A stretch of DNA of 64,000 nucleotides from the NCBI RefSeq assembly GCF_038025025.1, contig NW_027117338.1:1302001-1366000 (forward strand), written 5' to 3'. Position 1 is the stretch's first letter. Every line of letters begins with the position of its first letter. The translations under genes and the position numbers were made by a program. Below, piece after piece: positions 1 through 15,300 of this stretch. The DNA is from Phyllosticta citribraziliensis (lineage: Eukaryota). The notes below the pieces were generated by a model. That model was not told the DNA's origin. It made no database searches and saw nothing but the letters and a program-made list of their open reading frames with translations.

Positions 1-379
1 AAACAAGTCACTTAGGCCTATAGTAAATATTATAAAGATATAGAAAGTAGACTAATTAGTTTACTATCTATCCTTATATAAATACTATTAATCTTAACTT
101 CTACTCTCTAGTCTCTCCTTTTTACTACTTATTCCCTACTATCCTCTTCTTTAATTTCTACCCTTTACTTCTTTCCTTTTCCCTTCTTCTTATTATAATA
201 GTCGTTATATAAGACCATCTCCTCTAGATCTTCTAGCTTATTAGGTAGGATGTCCTACTTAGCTAAAGCCTAATTAGTTTAATCCTCTAACCTAGCTTAG
301 TAGTATAAGTTCTAGAACTCCTCTATATAAATTTCGTCTTTATACCTCTTATAATAAGCAGGCGGCTTAGTACCCTTTA

Positions 380-570
380 AGTTACTTATAGTGTAGTTAA
401 GGTTACCTATACCCTAAAGGCAGTTGGCGTAGCGGCCCTATAAGAAACTAGGCAGGTAGTAATAACTAATAAATACGCAAGTATTAGTATTATTATAATA
501 CTTAGTGTAGCTAATAGGGTTGTTAATTCTAGTATACTAGATAAGAAAAGTATTATATAAGCTGGCTTAA
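380..570 (-). pseudogene. RIP-degraded Cys-rich domain resembling DUF3716
   Basis: The minus strand reads NTFLI*YTR...SYTKY...VFISY...LPSFL*GRYANCL*G...NYT. Reversing RIP gives NAFLIQYTG...CxxC...F..C...GRCANCLWG...C, the Cys spacing I recall for fungal DUF3716. Reconstruction by eye. Confidence 0.5.
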
Positions 571-1848
571 GTTTTAACTAATAAGTAGTTAAATTGCTAA
601 GTAGAAACTATAATATATAAGTAAGGTATACTATTACCTAAGGCCAAGATGCGCTTAGCGCGCTCTTATACTTTAGAACTACTAAGGTGCGCCTATATAG
701 TTAGTTAGATAAGAATCCCTTATATTAGTAAGATAAACTTACTTATGCGACACTCTCTATATTCTTATAAGGGATGTAAAGTATTAACTTAAAGTCCTAC
801 TTAATAGGCGCCTTATTAGAGCTAACTAGTAATGCCGCAACGCGAATCTTACTATTAATGCTATTATATAAAGTAGTAGGTAGTAAGTACTTAGCTGCTA
901 GAACCTAATAAGCTGTAGGATTATAATAATAGTATATATAAGTAGGCTCTTTACCTTCTTCCTCTAAAACAGGCTGCGTAATAGTAAACCGGTAGCGATG
1001 TGGCGTAATAGGCTGGTTAGTAGTAGGCTATATAGCTATAAATAATAAACCTCGCGCGATAACTAATAATGCTGATTAAGTAGAACCTAATACTATAGTA
1101 TACTATAAGTAAAGTAATAAGCCTATAGCTGTTCCTAGCTAAATAAGTAAAGCCTAGCCTAACTAAGTCTTTATATAAGTGTCCTCCTCTATAATTATAT
1201 TAGTTAGTAAGATGGGACGACGAAGTAGTAAAACCTAGATATATAATGCTACTTAATAGCCTAGATAATAATTAGTAATAGTTAGAGATAGAATTAAAGT
1301 TTACTTATTTTAGGACTCTATATAATAGTCCTTATAGATACTACTAGCTAAAACAGCTCCCTAAGTAAGCAGCGACTATAATAGATCGCGAACGATACTG
1401 TATAATAATAACTTAATACTATAACTCTTATATAATAGTAATAAGTCCTAATAGACTAGACTATAATAAGTAGTAGACGCATTAAGCGCACGGCGGCTAG
1501 GAATGTCTGCTTTACTATTAGTAGGGTATAAATTATTTAAATTATTAGAACCTTTACGCGTAATAGTTAGTTTACTAGATTATAGCTAAATTAGACTAGG
1601 ATAACAACGTACTTTAATAGGGAGCTTTAGATATAGCTAAGCAAGATAGCGACCTTCTATAGGTCGCGCAGTAAAAGAAATAGTAATAGAAAGAGATAGT
1701 ATAGTAGTAGACCTAGACTAATAATTATACTATATATATAGAACACTTAAATTGCTAAATTACTACTATTATATATTATAAGTCTGCGCCTATATAAGCG
1801 CCTATAGCTGCTAATTCCTATAATTTCAGCTTCTCTTTAGGGGGGGCA

Positions 1849-2043
1849 TGTTACGATAGGCGTATATATACCTATATAAGTACTAGGGCCAGTATAGATA
1901 AACCTAGCATTATATAGTTATAGGAAGTATAAGCCTCACCTTAAGTAGCAGCCCGCTATAGCTTAGGCTAAAACCTACAGGCTGGCACTAGCTACTACAG
2001 CCTAGTACTAGCTACTATAGCCTTAGGAAGATACCACATAACA
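1849..2043 (+). repeat. LTR (~195 bp), 3' LTR of the left-edge element
   Basis: TGTTACG...CATAACA termini, preceded by a PPT; its partner LTR is not in the window. Confidence 0.7.
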
Positions 2044-5000
2044 GCCTATTAATACCTTACCTTTATAACTTACCTAATAATAACTAAGGACCCTTATATA
2101 AAGGACAAGAGGTAGAATAGTATAAAGGAAGGACTAGGAAATATATAGGTAGCAAGTATCTTTTATATTTTATTCTTTTAACTTATTAGATTTAATTAAG
2201 ATATATATATATTCTCTAGCAGTTTACCTTTAGCCCTTACCTATATAATAAGAAATCTACAAGTTATAATAGTTATTACCTTTACTATAACTTTACCTTC
2301 CCTTCCTTCCTTATTATCTAGTAGTTTAGGCTTTACTGCCGCCTCATCTTCTATACTAGCTAAGCAGGCTAAGGCTAAAGAAGAGGTAGACCTAACTATA
2401 AATAATAGTAAGTTTAGTATCCCTTTAAAGAACATCTAGCTACTTAAAGGCCCTACTAACTAGGTAACCTTTAAGATAATAGTTAAGATAAGGCTTAGTC
2501 TATTCTATTATACCTATCTACTTAAGGACGAGCTGAAAAATGCTACTAATTATAAGAAGGATATATATATTATCTACTAGTTTATAATAATTATTACGCT
2601 TCCTATTATAATAGTACTATAGGGGCATACCAGTTTAGCTTACTCTATATAGTAGAAGCTTTATAATATATATAATACTAAGGGTATCCTCTTTAAGGCT
2701 AATATTATTAAGGACTTTATCTTCTATTAATATAGTAATTTTATAATAGTAAAGGAATTCTATAATGCCCTATATAAATAAAGGCAAGCCTATATTAGCT
2801 ATATCTAATAGCAAGTTAAGGACTAGATTCTCTATATTCTACTCCTAGAAAACTTATAGGATAACATTCCTATCTAGTATATAACTTAGTATATAAATTA
2901 GTATAATAAGAAGGAGATATCTAAGTTTAAGGATCTCTTCTATACTATAACTAATAAGATTAAATATACTAGTAAGAATAGTACTATAGCTCTTACTATT
3001 TATACTAGTTAGTAGTCTACTAAGCAGTCTAAGTCTAACCATGCTACCTATAATTACTATAGAAAGAAGGGGCATATTAAGGCTAAGTATAGCTATCTTT
3101 ATCTTAAACACCATCCCACCTATTAGAAGCTAGTATTAGGGGTATTCTACATACTAGATAATTAAGTCTCTAAACTACTAATAGTAGTAATAGTAATAAT
3201 AATATTAATAACTAACCCTCTAGTATAAGGTGTAAACTACTTTACCACCCTACACCTATATCTAGCTTTAATAAAGGATAAATAGATTATTAATACTAGG
3301 GCTAATACCTACTATATACTAAATTTAACTAAGCTAATAAACTACTTATAGTTTACGCAGCTAGTCTAGGTATATAGTTTAGGTATAGTAATAGCTATTA
3401 GCTATAGTAATACTATACTCTACTATCCTATAAATAGTATAGTTAACACTCTTATAATAGAGGGTATTCTATATATTCTAGTACTAATAGTTAGTCTTAT
3501 CTTAGCTTTAAAACTTAAGTAGAAGGGACTATACCTAGATTAGCTTACCTCTATATTATAAATATAAAACTATAGAACAGCTATTATAGCTTACCCTAAT
3601 AGTTTAGGGGTAAACATTCTAATAGTTATTAATAATAATTATATAGTATAAGTATTTACTATAGTGACTCCTCCTATAGTAATATATAAGATATAGTACT
3701 AGTAATTAGGGTATATCTATACTAGTATACTTAATAAGCTCTAGTACTAGGGATAACTTATTATTACTAGTAACTAAGACTTCTATTATAAATCCTGCTA
3801 TATAGCTAAGTCCTACTAGATGGTGTTATATAAACTAATACCTTAAGTAGACGCGCCCTTTAGACGCGTCTATATTAATATATTTAGACTACTTATAGTT
3901 AGCTATAATAGCTGCTATTAGGGGGTGGTATTTATAGATAACTACTTATATCTATAATACTTATTAGTTATAAAGACTAAGGGCAACGCCTTTAATAGTA
4001 TTTAAAACTTTAGTAAATAGACTAAAACCTAGTTCTAATATAAGATCTAAGCCCTCTAAATAGATAATAGCATGGAGTTTAGCAGCTAAAAGCTACTAGT
4101 ATAGGTAAAGATAGAGGGTATTAAGGTTAAAAAGATAGTACTATACTTACCTAAGTAAAATAGTATTAGTAAGTTATCTATATACCTTATTACTAGTATG
4201 GCCCGCTCTATAAGTATCGCGTTAAATATGCCTTAATTATTATAGATAGAAGCCTATTAATATATAGTATATCTTCTTAACTATCTTCCTACTTACGCAC
4301 TTAATAGCAAGATACTAGTTGACGTTTTTAATAATGCTATTAGTAGGTATAAGGATGTCTAGTTACTAGTACTAGTCTTTAGTATTACTATATATACTTA
4401 TATCCTAGCTAAGAAGCGTCTTAAGAGCGCTAAATTTAATATAAGAGTAGAGAAAGGATAGTTTATTAGCTATAACTATAAGTATATCTTCTAGATATAT
4501 CTCCCTTAAATAAACTAGGTTATCTATACTTAGGATGTACATTTTAGACCTCCTTAGTAGCTAGACTTAATAGCTACTATAAATAATATAGAAGATAGAA
4601 AAGTTAAGAATAGTAATAATAAGATACTTATTATACATCTTATATTAAAAACGGTTTAAGACGCTCTTAAAGGCAATGCTAAAGCAATCTATAATATAGT
4701 AGAATAAGCAATTAAAGTAATAGAGAGGTCTAATATAGGTAGTATAGATATTAGTAGTAGAGGTAAGGAGGACGTATTTATAGATATTATACTATTAGTA
4801 GATAAAATAGATTAGATTAACGTCTCTCTAGCTAATAAATATACTAGATCTAATAATTTAGTACTTACTAATCTAACTTTAACCCTACTACTGCCCTTAC
4901 TATCTCTATTACCTATACCTACTCTACTACTAATAGCACCATTACGATACCCTTAGTAGATTTATACTAAGATATAATTCTTTAATAAGAAATATAGTTT

Positions 5001-6128
5001 AGATAATGCTTAACCTCCTTAACTATCTACTTACTATATATATACCTTTACTACTATAGAAAATACTACTTATTACTAATAAGATGCCATCCCTACTAAT
5101 AAGGTTCTACCTTACTTATAGTATAAGGCCCTTATAGGGCTAAAATCTATCTATTAGAGACCCTCTATAGATAAGTAGATATAGGAGTTAACTAATACTA
5201 GTACCTTTAAAGAGACTAACTACCTATTAGATAGCTCTTAGGTACTACTACTATAATAGGTCTAGGTCTATAAGCTTAATAAGCTAGGTAAGAAGGTTAT
5301 CTATAAGAGCTGCATTATGGTTTTAGGTAATCTTTAATATAAGGGATTTAATATATCTAAAGTATTATTACTAGTTATTATATTTCCTACTTTTATACTA
5401 TTTTTAGTAATTAATATCTATTATTACCTATTTTATAAGTAAGGGGATATTAAGACAGCCTTCCTTAATATACTACTAAAAGACCTAGTCTATACCTATA
5501 TGCCTCCTAGATACTAGGTCCTATAATAAGTTTAGCGTCTCTAAAGAGCCTTATATAGCTTATACTAGTTACTACTTACTTAGTTTTAGTGCCTCTATAA
5601 TTTCTTATACTACCTAGGTTTCTGCTCTCTCCCTTTAGAACCCTATATTATAAGATACTAGGATAAGCTTATATTTATCCTTATCTATATTAATAATCTC
5701 TATATTGCTGCTAAAACTAAGTCTAAAGTTAATAAAATTATCTTGCTACTTAATACTAAGATCTACTTTAAAGATATAGGCTAACTATATTACTTCCTTA
5801 GTCTTTATATTAATTAATATATAAATAGTATAATTATACTATTCTAAGGTAGATATATTTAAAACGTTCTTATATAGTTTAGTATAAGTAATACCGCGCG
5901 CGTCCTTATACTAATAGATTCCTATAAATTATATGCGTATAATAGTAAGAATAACCTAGACTATTAATAGCTTTATAGTAAGATTGTTAGCTTACTTATA
6001 TAGTGCGTAATAAGATGCTACCTAGCTATTCTTTTCCCTACTACTTGTCTCTTATAATATACCTATAACCTATTAAATAAATACCTTACTGCTGCTTACT
6101 AAGTCCTTTAATACTTATAGGGCGTACG

Positions 6129-6301
6129 TGTTATAAGTTTAGTTAGGACATCTTTTTTTAAATAAGGATTATATTATTATTATCTCTATCTTAGCCCTAG
6201 GGCCCTACTTATTCTTATCTACTTACTTATACTGCTAAGCCTACTAGCTGGTGCCTGCCTTGCTTATCTAAGGCGTCCCTAACTATCTATAGACTATAAT
6301 A
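6129..6301 (-). repeat. gypsy 3' LTR (173 bp)
   Basis: Direct repeat of 17738-17910; begins TGTTATAAG on the plus strand; 11 differences by eye, all transitions. Confidence 0.95.
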
Positions 6302-9300
6302 GTAGTAGCTAAAAATAAAGGAGTTATCCTTAACTTAGAATTTACTATCCTCCTCTACCTATTAAGAAACGTCCCCTTTTTAGGATAAGAAAGGAAAGAA
6401 AAGGAAGTAAAGAAAGAAAGAAAGAAATAAGTCTATACTAGGATATATTTAGTTACTAGCCTCTCTATCCTTATCTATATTAGACTAGTCCTTACTGCCC
6501 ATCCTATTATTATTATAAGGCAGGGCTAATAGTAGGATAAGCAGGTTCTTCTATATATTAGTACTATAACTGCTTTTATCTTCTCCTAATATGGGTATAT
6601 AACGCATAATAGTGCCTATATCTATATAGAAATCAGGGTGCATATATCTACTAGGAATATAGCTTATAAACTAGTTAGTAAACCCTATATTAGTACCTAG
6701 AAATTGCTCTACTAGGCTATCTACGTCCTATAGCATGTACAGCATAAGCAGCTATAAAGCAAGTAGTCTGGCAATCTATAGGTGTTTTAGGGGGTTATTA
6801 TTAATATACTAGATTAGGCGGCTTAATCCTATATAGAAAGTAAGGTTATTAACTACTATATTAGAGATAAACTTATTAGGGATGATTCCTCTAATAATAA
6901 GGCATATAGCTTAGTAAGGTTCTATTATAAGGAGCATAGCTATTAGGTTAGTATAGTAGTAGAGACAGCCTACTTTACCTAGGTTAGGATATTAATAGAT
7001 TATATAGTTTACTAAGTATTCTAGAGAAGCGGCTTTAATAGTATTAGTAATATTACTATAGTTAGTAGGATTATTATTAGGGATTAAAGGGTCTTTTATA
7101 CTAGTACTAGAACTAATATTATTATTATTATTATTAGGTTCGCCTAGAAGTAGCTTATCCTAAGTTATAAGTAGGGCGTCATCGGCGTCTACTATAAATA
7201 TAGCATGGTTAGGGTAGTCTAGGTAAACCTATAGTATAAGCTTATCTAGGCCTTTAGGTTTCTTATCCTATAATAATATCTCTCTATTAGGAGGGGGCAT
7301 ACCTTAAAGTATCTCTATAAGCTCTACTTTATTATTATTAATAGGATAGTTATATTAGTACTAACCTACTCCTACTCTAGAAGTGTAAAACTTAGTACCT
7401 ATAGACCACTTATTTCTACTTTTTATAAGGGTAGTAGTAAATATATAGATCTCTACTAGTAGCATGTTGCCTCTTATTGCGCAGTCTATTATAATAGTAT
7501 AGTGGCCCTGCCCGTTCTATATTTCTTACTTATAAAGGCGCTGCTTTATACCCTTAGAGACTAGGATGTCCTTATATATAGAGAAAAGCAGTCTATTATA
7601 ACTATAAATAGTAAGGCCTCCTATTACCTAGGGGTGCGTCTTATTAATATTAGGGTTACTAGGCTCCTTCCTACTAATATACTTATTATAGCCTTCCCTA
7701 CTAATAAGTCTATACTACTTTATAAGTATTATATACTAGATTTCGCCGTCCTTATCTTAGTAGTATAAGGCCTATCTATTAGGGTAATAATATAGGTTTA
7801 GTCCTCTATCTTTATAGTAAAACAGCTAGATTTAGTAGAGGTTGTAGAACTTAAGATCTATTATTACTTAGTAAGCTAAGTAGTAGAGGGCCCCTATTAT
7901 TATAGAGGATAGGCTTATACTAGATAGGGGAAGGTACTAATCTTTAATAAATATACCTAAAATATAGTTAATAATAGGAAAGTTACTAGTATCTATAAGG
8001 AATATAGTGTCCTAGTCCTATTTATACTCTATAAAAGTCTTAGGGTTATAGAATAGATAGTATATACTTTCCTTTAGGAACGACTAGTTACCTATTTTAC
8101 CTTAGGGACTAACTACTACTAGTTTATCTAGTATAATATTAGGCGCGCCCCTTAGTTTCTTTAATTATATAGTAATATTTAGTATACTAGTAGCCTTCCC
8201 TATTTTCTTTATCTTCTATAGTATAGCTGGTCCTTTAGGGTCCGCCCTTTCTTTTCTCTACCTTAGTATTAGGGTGTCTAGGAATTCCTTTCCTAAATCT
8301 ATATTATTATTAGGAACTTAGGGCACGTGTTAAATTATAGCTATAATAATTTTATTAGCGTTATAAGAAGTATTAGTAAGTTAGTAGGTTTACTTTCTAA
8401 TAGTAGAATTCTAGGCCTATAGGTCTATATTAGTAACGTCTGCTATTTTATAGCTCACCTTAACCTATAGAGTTGCTCTAATTATACTAAAATTAGGAGG
8501 CATCTATATTAGGTAAGAAGCTAGTATTCTTATACTAAGAAGGCTCGCGGCTAGATTAGGGGTAAGACTAGATTAAGGTGTAGTTTCTAGTAAGAAGGTA
8601 GGCTTCTACTATCTCTTATCCTTAGTATCCTCCTCTAATTCCTTAGTAGTGAAGTACTTATACTTATTACTATAATTAGTATTATACTCCCTTATATATA
8701 TGTCTAGTATACTACTATCTTTATTATCTTAGTAGAAGCTATAGGTCTAGTATCTTAAGCCTCTAGCCCCTAATATGCTGCATCCTTATATAGTTATAGA
8801 TAGCGCGTTTATTATTAGTATATCTACTATTAGTATTATAGTACTATTATATAGGATAGTATTAAAGAAGTCTGCTATCTCTTTATTATTAGTAACTTAG
8901 TTTAGCGCGTCCTGTTATAAATACTTACTAGTATTAGGAGAAAAGCGGTTGTTCTATACTTCTAGTCTAGGGATAGTGTTATTTTACTTAAGGGTAGGTA
9001 TGCTATTACTAGTAGTAGGGGTGTTATTTAGTATTATATTTACTAGGACCGCGCCCGTATTAGGTGCTATATTATTAGGTGCTATGTTATATAAAAGGTC
9101 CTGCTATTCTTATAGGCTAGTAATAGCTATTAGGGTGGTACTAGTAAGTCTATTCCTATTATAGTCTAAAGGCCAACTATGTTAGTCTCTTAGGCGGCTT
9201 ATATATTCGCATTATAGGTAAGGTTATATAGTAAGGTTAGTATAGGGTTATAAGTTAATATTCTATAGACCCTAATATTAATTAGGTACTTATACTATAG

Positions 9301-12300
9301 CTAGTACTAGTTGCCCTACTAATACACGGTCCTCTTCTTACTTAGTAATACTTAAGCATGTAAAATGTTTTTAGTAGTAATATTCTTATAGGCCTTCCTT
9401 TACTAGGAGGTGCTTAGGCGCGCCTTATTAGCTCCTTCTATAAGGTAGGTGCTAACTTAGTACTTTTCTCTAGTAGCTTAGGGTTTCTTCTCCTTATTCT
9501 TTATACCTAGTAGACGACCTTACTGCTTTAGTACTATAGGGATAACTATTTCTAGTAGTATATATAGCAGTTTATTATATAATGGCCTGCCCTATAGTAG
9601 TTTATTATATACCTTAATAGGTAGTAGCTTAACTATATTGTTATTTTCCTCTAGGTCCTTAGGTACTATAGTAGTATATTAAGGCGGTCCTAGTTTCTAT
9701 TAGGGCCTATACTAGTCTAGCTTTACTATTATCTCCTTATTTATCCTTATATTATATTCTCTAATAAGATCTATCGCCCCCTCTAAGTTATTTAAGTTGT
9801 ACTATACTTAATACTATAGCCCCTAGCCTTTCTAGTTAACTAAGTATTATAGTTTCCTAGTCCTATAATGTTTGCGTCTATCTACTAAGCGTAAGATTTT
9901 ATACTTAGGTGCTAGCTTATTAGTGTTAATAATAGGTCCTAGCTCTAATATAGTATTATACTTAAAAGGGTTAGGGCCGTCCTTTTCCTTTTTTAATTAG
10001 GAGATATTAATAACTAGATAAATCCTTAAACTACTAGGGATGGCTAGTTTATAGGCCTATATACTAACTACTTATATTACTTTATAAGGTCCTATATGCG
10101 TGTTCTAGAGTTTCTATAGTAGGTTACTATATACCTTATAACTATAGTATAACTATAGATACACCTTGTCCCCTAGTTTAAATTAGACTAGATAGTGCTT
10201 GCCGTTGTATTACTCCTTTTATACTACTACTATAAAAGTAAGGGCTTCTTAGGCTTTAGTATAGTAGTCTAAATAGAGGGTTTTTAAGTCTATATCCTTA
10301 GTAGATTCTATCTAGTTATACCCGTCATCCTATAGGTTAAATCTATATAAGATTTTATAGGGGGTACATCCTATTAAGGCATTTTAGGAAGAATTTATAG
10401 TCCCCTAGATATAAGAGAGAGCGTCTACCTAACTCTAATTAGGGTTAGCTATAATAAAGAAGTATAGAGCAATCTCTACTATCTAGTTAGTATACTTACT
10501 TTATCTATCTATCTAGGGATAGTAAGTAGTAGCAGTATTTAGATCGATTTTTATTATCTTAAAAACGCCACTTATAAATCGCCCTAGCTAATAGGAGTCC
10601 TAGTCTATAATTATAATAGAAGGTAGACCCTATCTATATCTATAGAGTTCTTTAAACTATAAACCTCCCTAATTACCTATAGTCTAGGTCTCTTAACTAG
10701 GAATTAGTAAGATTACTTTAGAAAATTTATAGATTATAGTTAGAAGTATGTTAAAACCCCCTTTACTATATATAGGCAGCTTAGTAATAAAATCAATATA
10801 TATAGTAAAGAAGGGGACCTTTACTACTATAATAGGGACTATTAACCTATTAGGTTTATATTAAGGTATTTAGTTAATATAACAGTTAGGATAGTAATTA
10901 ATATACACCTATACCTACTAGTATAGGTGCCTTATATAGTAGTAAGTATAAATATAATCCACGTATTAGTCTACGCCTTAATAGAAATGCTAATTATATG
11001 CTTATTTAAATACTACTTACTTATAGCTTTAGGAAATATATAGTCATTCTTACTAGTCTCCTAAGTGGTCTATAAAGTAGATCAGCCCTTTCTATAGGAA
11101 GAAGTATAAACTAGGGACTAGTCCTTTATAGGGGTCCTTATTTTCTTCTATATCCCTAAGGGGAATAGGCTCTATAGTAGTAATAGGGGCCGGCATTACT
11201 ATAGGTATAGGGTTTATACTAGTAGGTCGCTCTATAGTTATTATAGGGTTTACTAGCCTATAGTTATATTCCTACTGCTGCTTAAGGGCCCGCTTTAAAA
11301 TATAGAGTACCTTTACCTATTATATATTAGTACTATACACTATATAGAGCTCTTACTTAAATCTATTAGAGAGCTCTACTAATACTATATAGAAGTAAGT
11401 AGTAGCGTCGCTACCTTCTAAGGTATACTAAACTAGGTCCTCATTATTAGGGAATTCTATAGTATTAAGGGTGTTATCTATATCTATAGTTGCCTTAGAT
11501 AGTAATTAGCTTAGTATATTAGAGATAATATAGTTCCTCCCTAGCTAGTATTATACCTTTAATAGATACTAGCTTAGGTATTAGCTTATATATATTAGAT
11601 ATAGGTTTAGCTACTCTGTAGATTAGGAGTTTCTAAAGTATAGCTATTATATAATAGTAGTAACTACTAAATAGTTAGTAAATACCTAAGTATCCTTAGA
11701 GGCCTATATTAGTATTTATAATTTCTTAACCGCCTAAATAACTCCTATTATCTTAAGCTTAGTAGTCTAGTATCTCATCTCAGCTCCTAAAAGGTACTAG
11801 GATAGGAAGGCTATTAGCTTAATAGACTACTTTAAGAAGTCCTTAGCCTTCTTAAGCTAATTTATAGTAGGGTTTTTGCCCTCTATATTCTCTATATTTA
11901 TAGTAGGAGTCTAGTCTTCTATAACCAGTTTAGGATCGCCTTTTATATAGTAGGCTATTATACTAAAACCTAACTCTTTACTAGTATCCACATCGATAAA
12001 GAGGGGTCTCTCAGGCATATAGTAAAAACACTATTATATTTTATAAAGGGTCGTTTATATAGCCTTAAATAATACTACTAGTACTAGGGAGTCTAGTAGT
12101 ACCTATACTACTATATATTAGCAGCGCGCTTATTTATCTTTAGGAGCGCTTTATAATAGCACAGTCTTTATAGCTTCTAGTAGTTCTACTAGTTACGCGT
12201 AGTAGGGATAGTTATCCTGTAGCTAGCTAGTAAGCCCTATAAAGGTTTCTAGTTCTTAGAGGGTCCTTAGGAATTTAAGGTCTTTTAGAGCTTAGATCTT

Positions 12301-15300
12301 AGCTTCTAATATTATAATACTAAACCTAGATACCTACTATTCTAATAGTATAATAGATAGGTATCCTAACTAGGACTTCTTAGTGCTTAGGCTTATATTT
12401 ATACTATTAAGGATAGTAAATACCTTTTTAAGGTAATCTAGGTATTCTTCTAATATTTTAGAGAAAATAGTAATATTATTAATATATATTTATATAAAAG
12501 TATAGTAGTCCTAAAGAAGAGTGTCATACTGCTATTATATATACTATATAGAGTTATAGTATCCTATTAGGGCTATATTTAACTATTTAGCGCCCTAGTA
12601 GGTAAGTATAATTAGCTTATATTAGTTATTAGGATAGATCTGCTACTAATAGAAGAAAGAGATAGTATCTACTACTAAGATATAGAGATAGCCCTAGATA
12701 TTAGAGATAATATTAGTAGCTAGAGAGAGTAGCTATAAGTCCTTCTTACTAATAGTATTAAGGGCTTATATATCTATAACTACTTATCCTTTCTACTTTA
12801 GGGTCCTATTCTCTCTAGGGACCAGCTTCTATACTATAAATATAGAGAAGCTAAGATAAGTATCTCTATATACCTATTCTGCTTTTCCTTATTTATATAT
12901 AGGGTTAAGTATAGCATCTTAGAATTTATAGTCCCTTTAGGACGCGGGGTATAGTCTTTAATATTTAAAATATTTATACTAGCCTAGGACTAATAGTATC
13001 CTTATCTAATCCTTTTTAGAAACCTTAATAAATCCCTTTTAATTATAGAAAAGATCTTAAAACTAATCTACTAGTTTCTAGTATAGTAACTAGACCTTAG
13101 GGGTCCTAAATATAGCAATGCCGTTATTAAGCTTGGCCTCCTCTATAATAGGGATAGTAGGGTTTAAACTAGCTAGGCTATATTCTATATCTATAAGGCG
13201 GTACACCCTATTAAATTCTATAGTAATAATACTACCCAGCCGCGCATTCTAGGAGATTATAAGAGGCCAATCTAAGTTATTTCTAGTAATAATCTAGTTT
13301 ATATCTATACTAGTAACTATAGTATAAAGGGTACCCCCCTTTTATAGAAAGGGTATAAGATGCGCGGTTTTATTAGGATAGAACTTATATACTTAGTAAG
13401 GGAGGTCTAGTTCTAGGATTTTAACAAGTAGCTTTACCTAGAACTATAGGGGTATTATTATATTCCTTATAGTACGCATATATTAGTAGATAGGAGTAGA
13501 AAATAGCTTAGTTATTATACTAGTATTTAGTCCCTTAGGCCCTATATATAGCCATACTACTTAGTTCTAACTAATATTAATAATTACCCCTTTAGGATAT
13601 AGGAGGTTATTCCCTATAAGTAGGGGGATATTTAACTTATTAGTTACCTAAGTATAGTAGGAAAGAAAGCTAAGAGCCCATCCTACCTTAGTTTATCTAG
13701 GTAAGTAAAGGGGAAGTATTATATAGTTAGTATATTCTATCTTATATCTTACTCTAGTAATAATTATAGGTTTCTTAAGTATTATTACCCTAATATTAGG
13801 GAGCTTTTCCTTTAAAAATATTCTATTTACTATTAAGGATAAGGCACCTATATTAAGATACCTAATATCTACTATTCCTATAGGGGTCAGCCTAAAACTA
13901 ATCTCTATTAATTAATATTTAGAAAATAGAGGTAGATCGTCCCCTATACTAAGTCCTATAAAGGCTATAGATAACTCTAAGATTAGTACCTTTAGTTCTA
14001 TATTAGATATAGCCTTATCCTTTATCTTCCTATATTCGCTATTAACCATATTAAACCCTAATATAGTAAGGTAGACTATTTAGCAACGGCATCTCTAACT
14101 AAGTATAGGAGCACCTTGCCTATAGCGCTATATTACCTATACTATAAGGCTAAGAGGAAAGATCAACGCCTACTAGAGGGCTATAACTACTAGAGTAAGG
14201 ACATACTAAGAGGGGATAATATATTACTTAGTTCTATTATCCTAATAGCTTTTAGGTACTAGTTACCTACTAATTAGATAGTACTCTATTTAGATCCTAA
14301 ATTCTTAAGCAGCCTAATACTTACTTAGTTTAAACTATATTTAAAACCGTTATCCCTTAGGTACTAGTATAACTTATATTTAGAAGGGAAGCTTATCTAG
14401 TAGCCGTTATATACTTTCTAGAGATTAAGTACTATTATATTACTACTAGGAGTATAGTTAAAAGCATTATCCTAGGTAAGTATATATCTATACTAGGAGT
14501 AGTAGTTAGCTCCTATTATAATTATAGGCTTACTATTATTTAACTATAGCTTCTCCTTATTAGTTATAGGGGTCTCTATACTAGCATCTTTATTACTTTT
14601 AGTATCTTTACTTTTCTTATTACTATCCTTATACTCACTTTTAGAGCCATCCTAGGCATAGTATTACGTGCGTATAGTAGGTTTATAGTTATAGTTATAG
14701 TCGCGGTTATAATAATCCTTAGGCTTTAAGTAGGACCTAGAACTAGACCCTTTTAGGTTAGGAGTAGGGAGTGCACCCTACTTAGAATAGGTCACCTATT
14801 TTATATTACTTAGTCCCCTAGTACTTATATCGTACTAGGATGCCAAGCGCGCTCTATTAGATTAATTAAAAGGCTAGCTAGTAGTCTATATTAAAGCGCG
14901 TCCCTAATTCTAGCCCTTAGGGAAGAATGCCTTACTAGTAGTAGTTATATTAAAATATTAGGATAGGCGTTCTTAAGTCTACTAGTAACTCTTAATATTC
15001 TTAATAAATGCTTAGACCGTAGTGTTCGCTATAGGTTTAGGGATCTACTACTAGAAGTAAGAGTTAATATATATATAGGTATTAGCTAACTAATTATATA
15101 TAGTAGGGAAACCAGCAGCTTATCCTAGATATATATAGGTAATAATAAAGTCCCTTATACTTTTAATATAGACCTCTAGGAGCCTAAAGCATACTCTATT
15201 TAGCGCTTTAATAGCTTTATATCATGTTATACTAAAGTCTTTATATAGTAGTAAAGTCTAATTATTAATACTATATCTAGTATATATAAAAGCTTAGTCT

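Larger units (their letters stand above)
1..2043 (+). mobile_element. 3' end of an LTR retrotransposon (RIP relic; body runs off the left edge)
   Basis: Polypurine tract AGGGGGGG at 1839-1846 followed after 2 nt by TGTTACG (1849) ... CATAACA (2043), i.e. TG...CA termini with short inverted ends. Confidence 0.7.

Noticed and set aside
7400..7560. Possible Ulp1-type protease motif (GH-aromatic) in the gypsy accessory region
   Set aside because: Could not find the downstream Q-x-N-x-x-D-C-G catalytic motif; too degraded to call.
2241..9164. Track ORFs 2241-2435, 2854-3114 and 8949-9164
   Set aside because: Ile/Leu/Tyr-rich chance frames antisense to RIP-mutated TE coding sequence; not genes.
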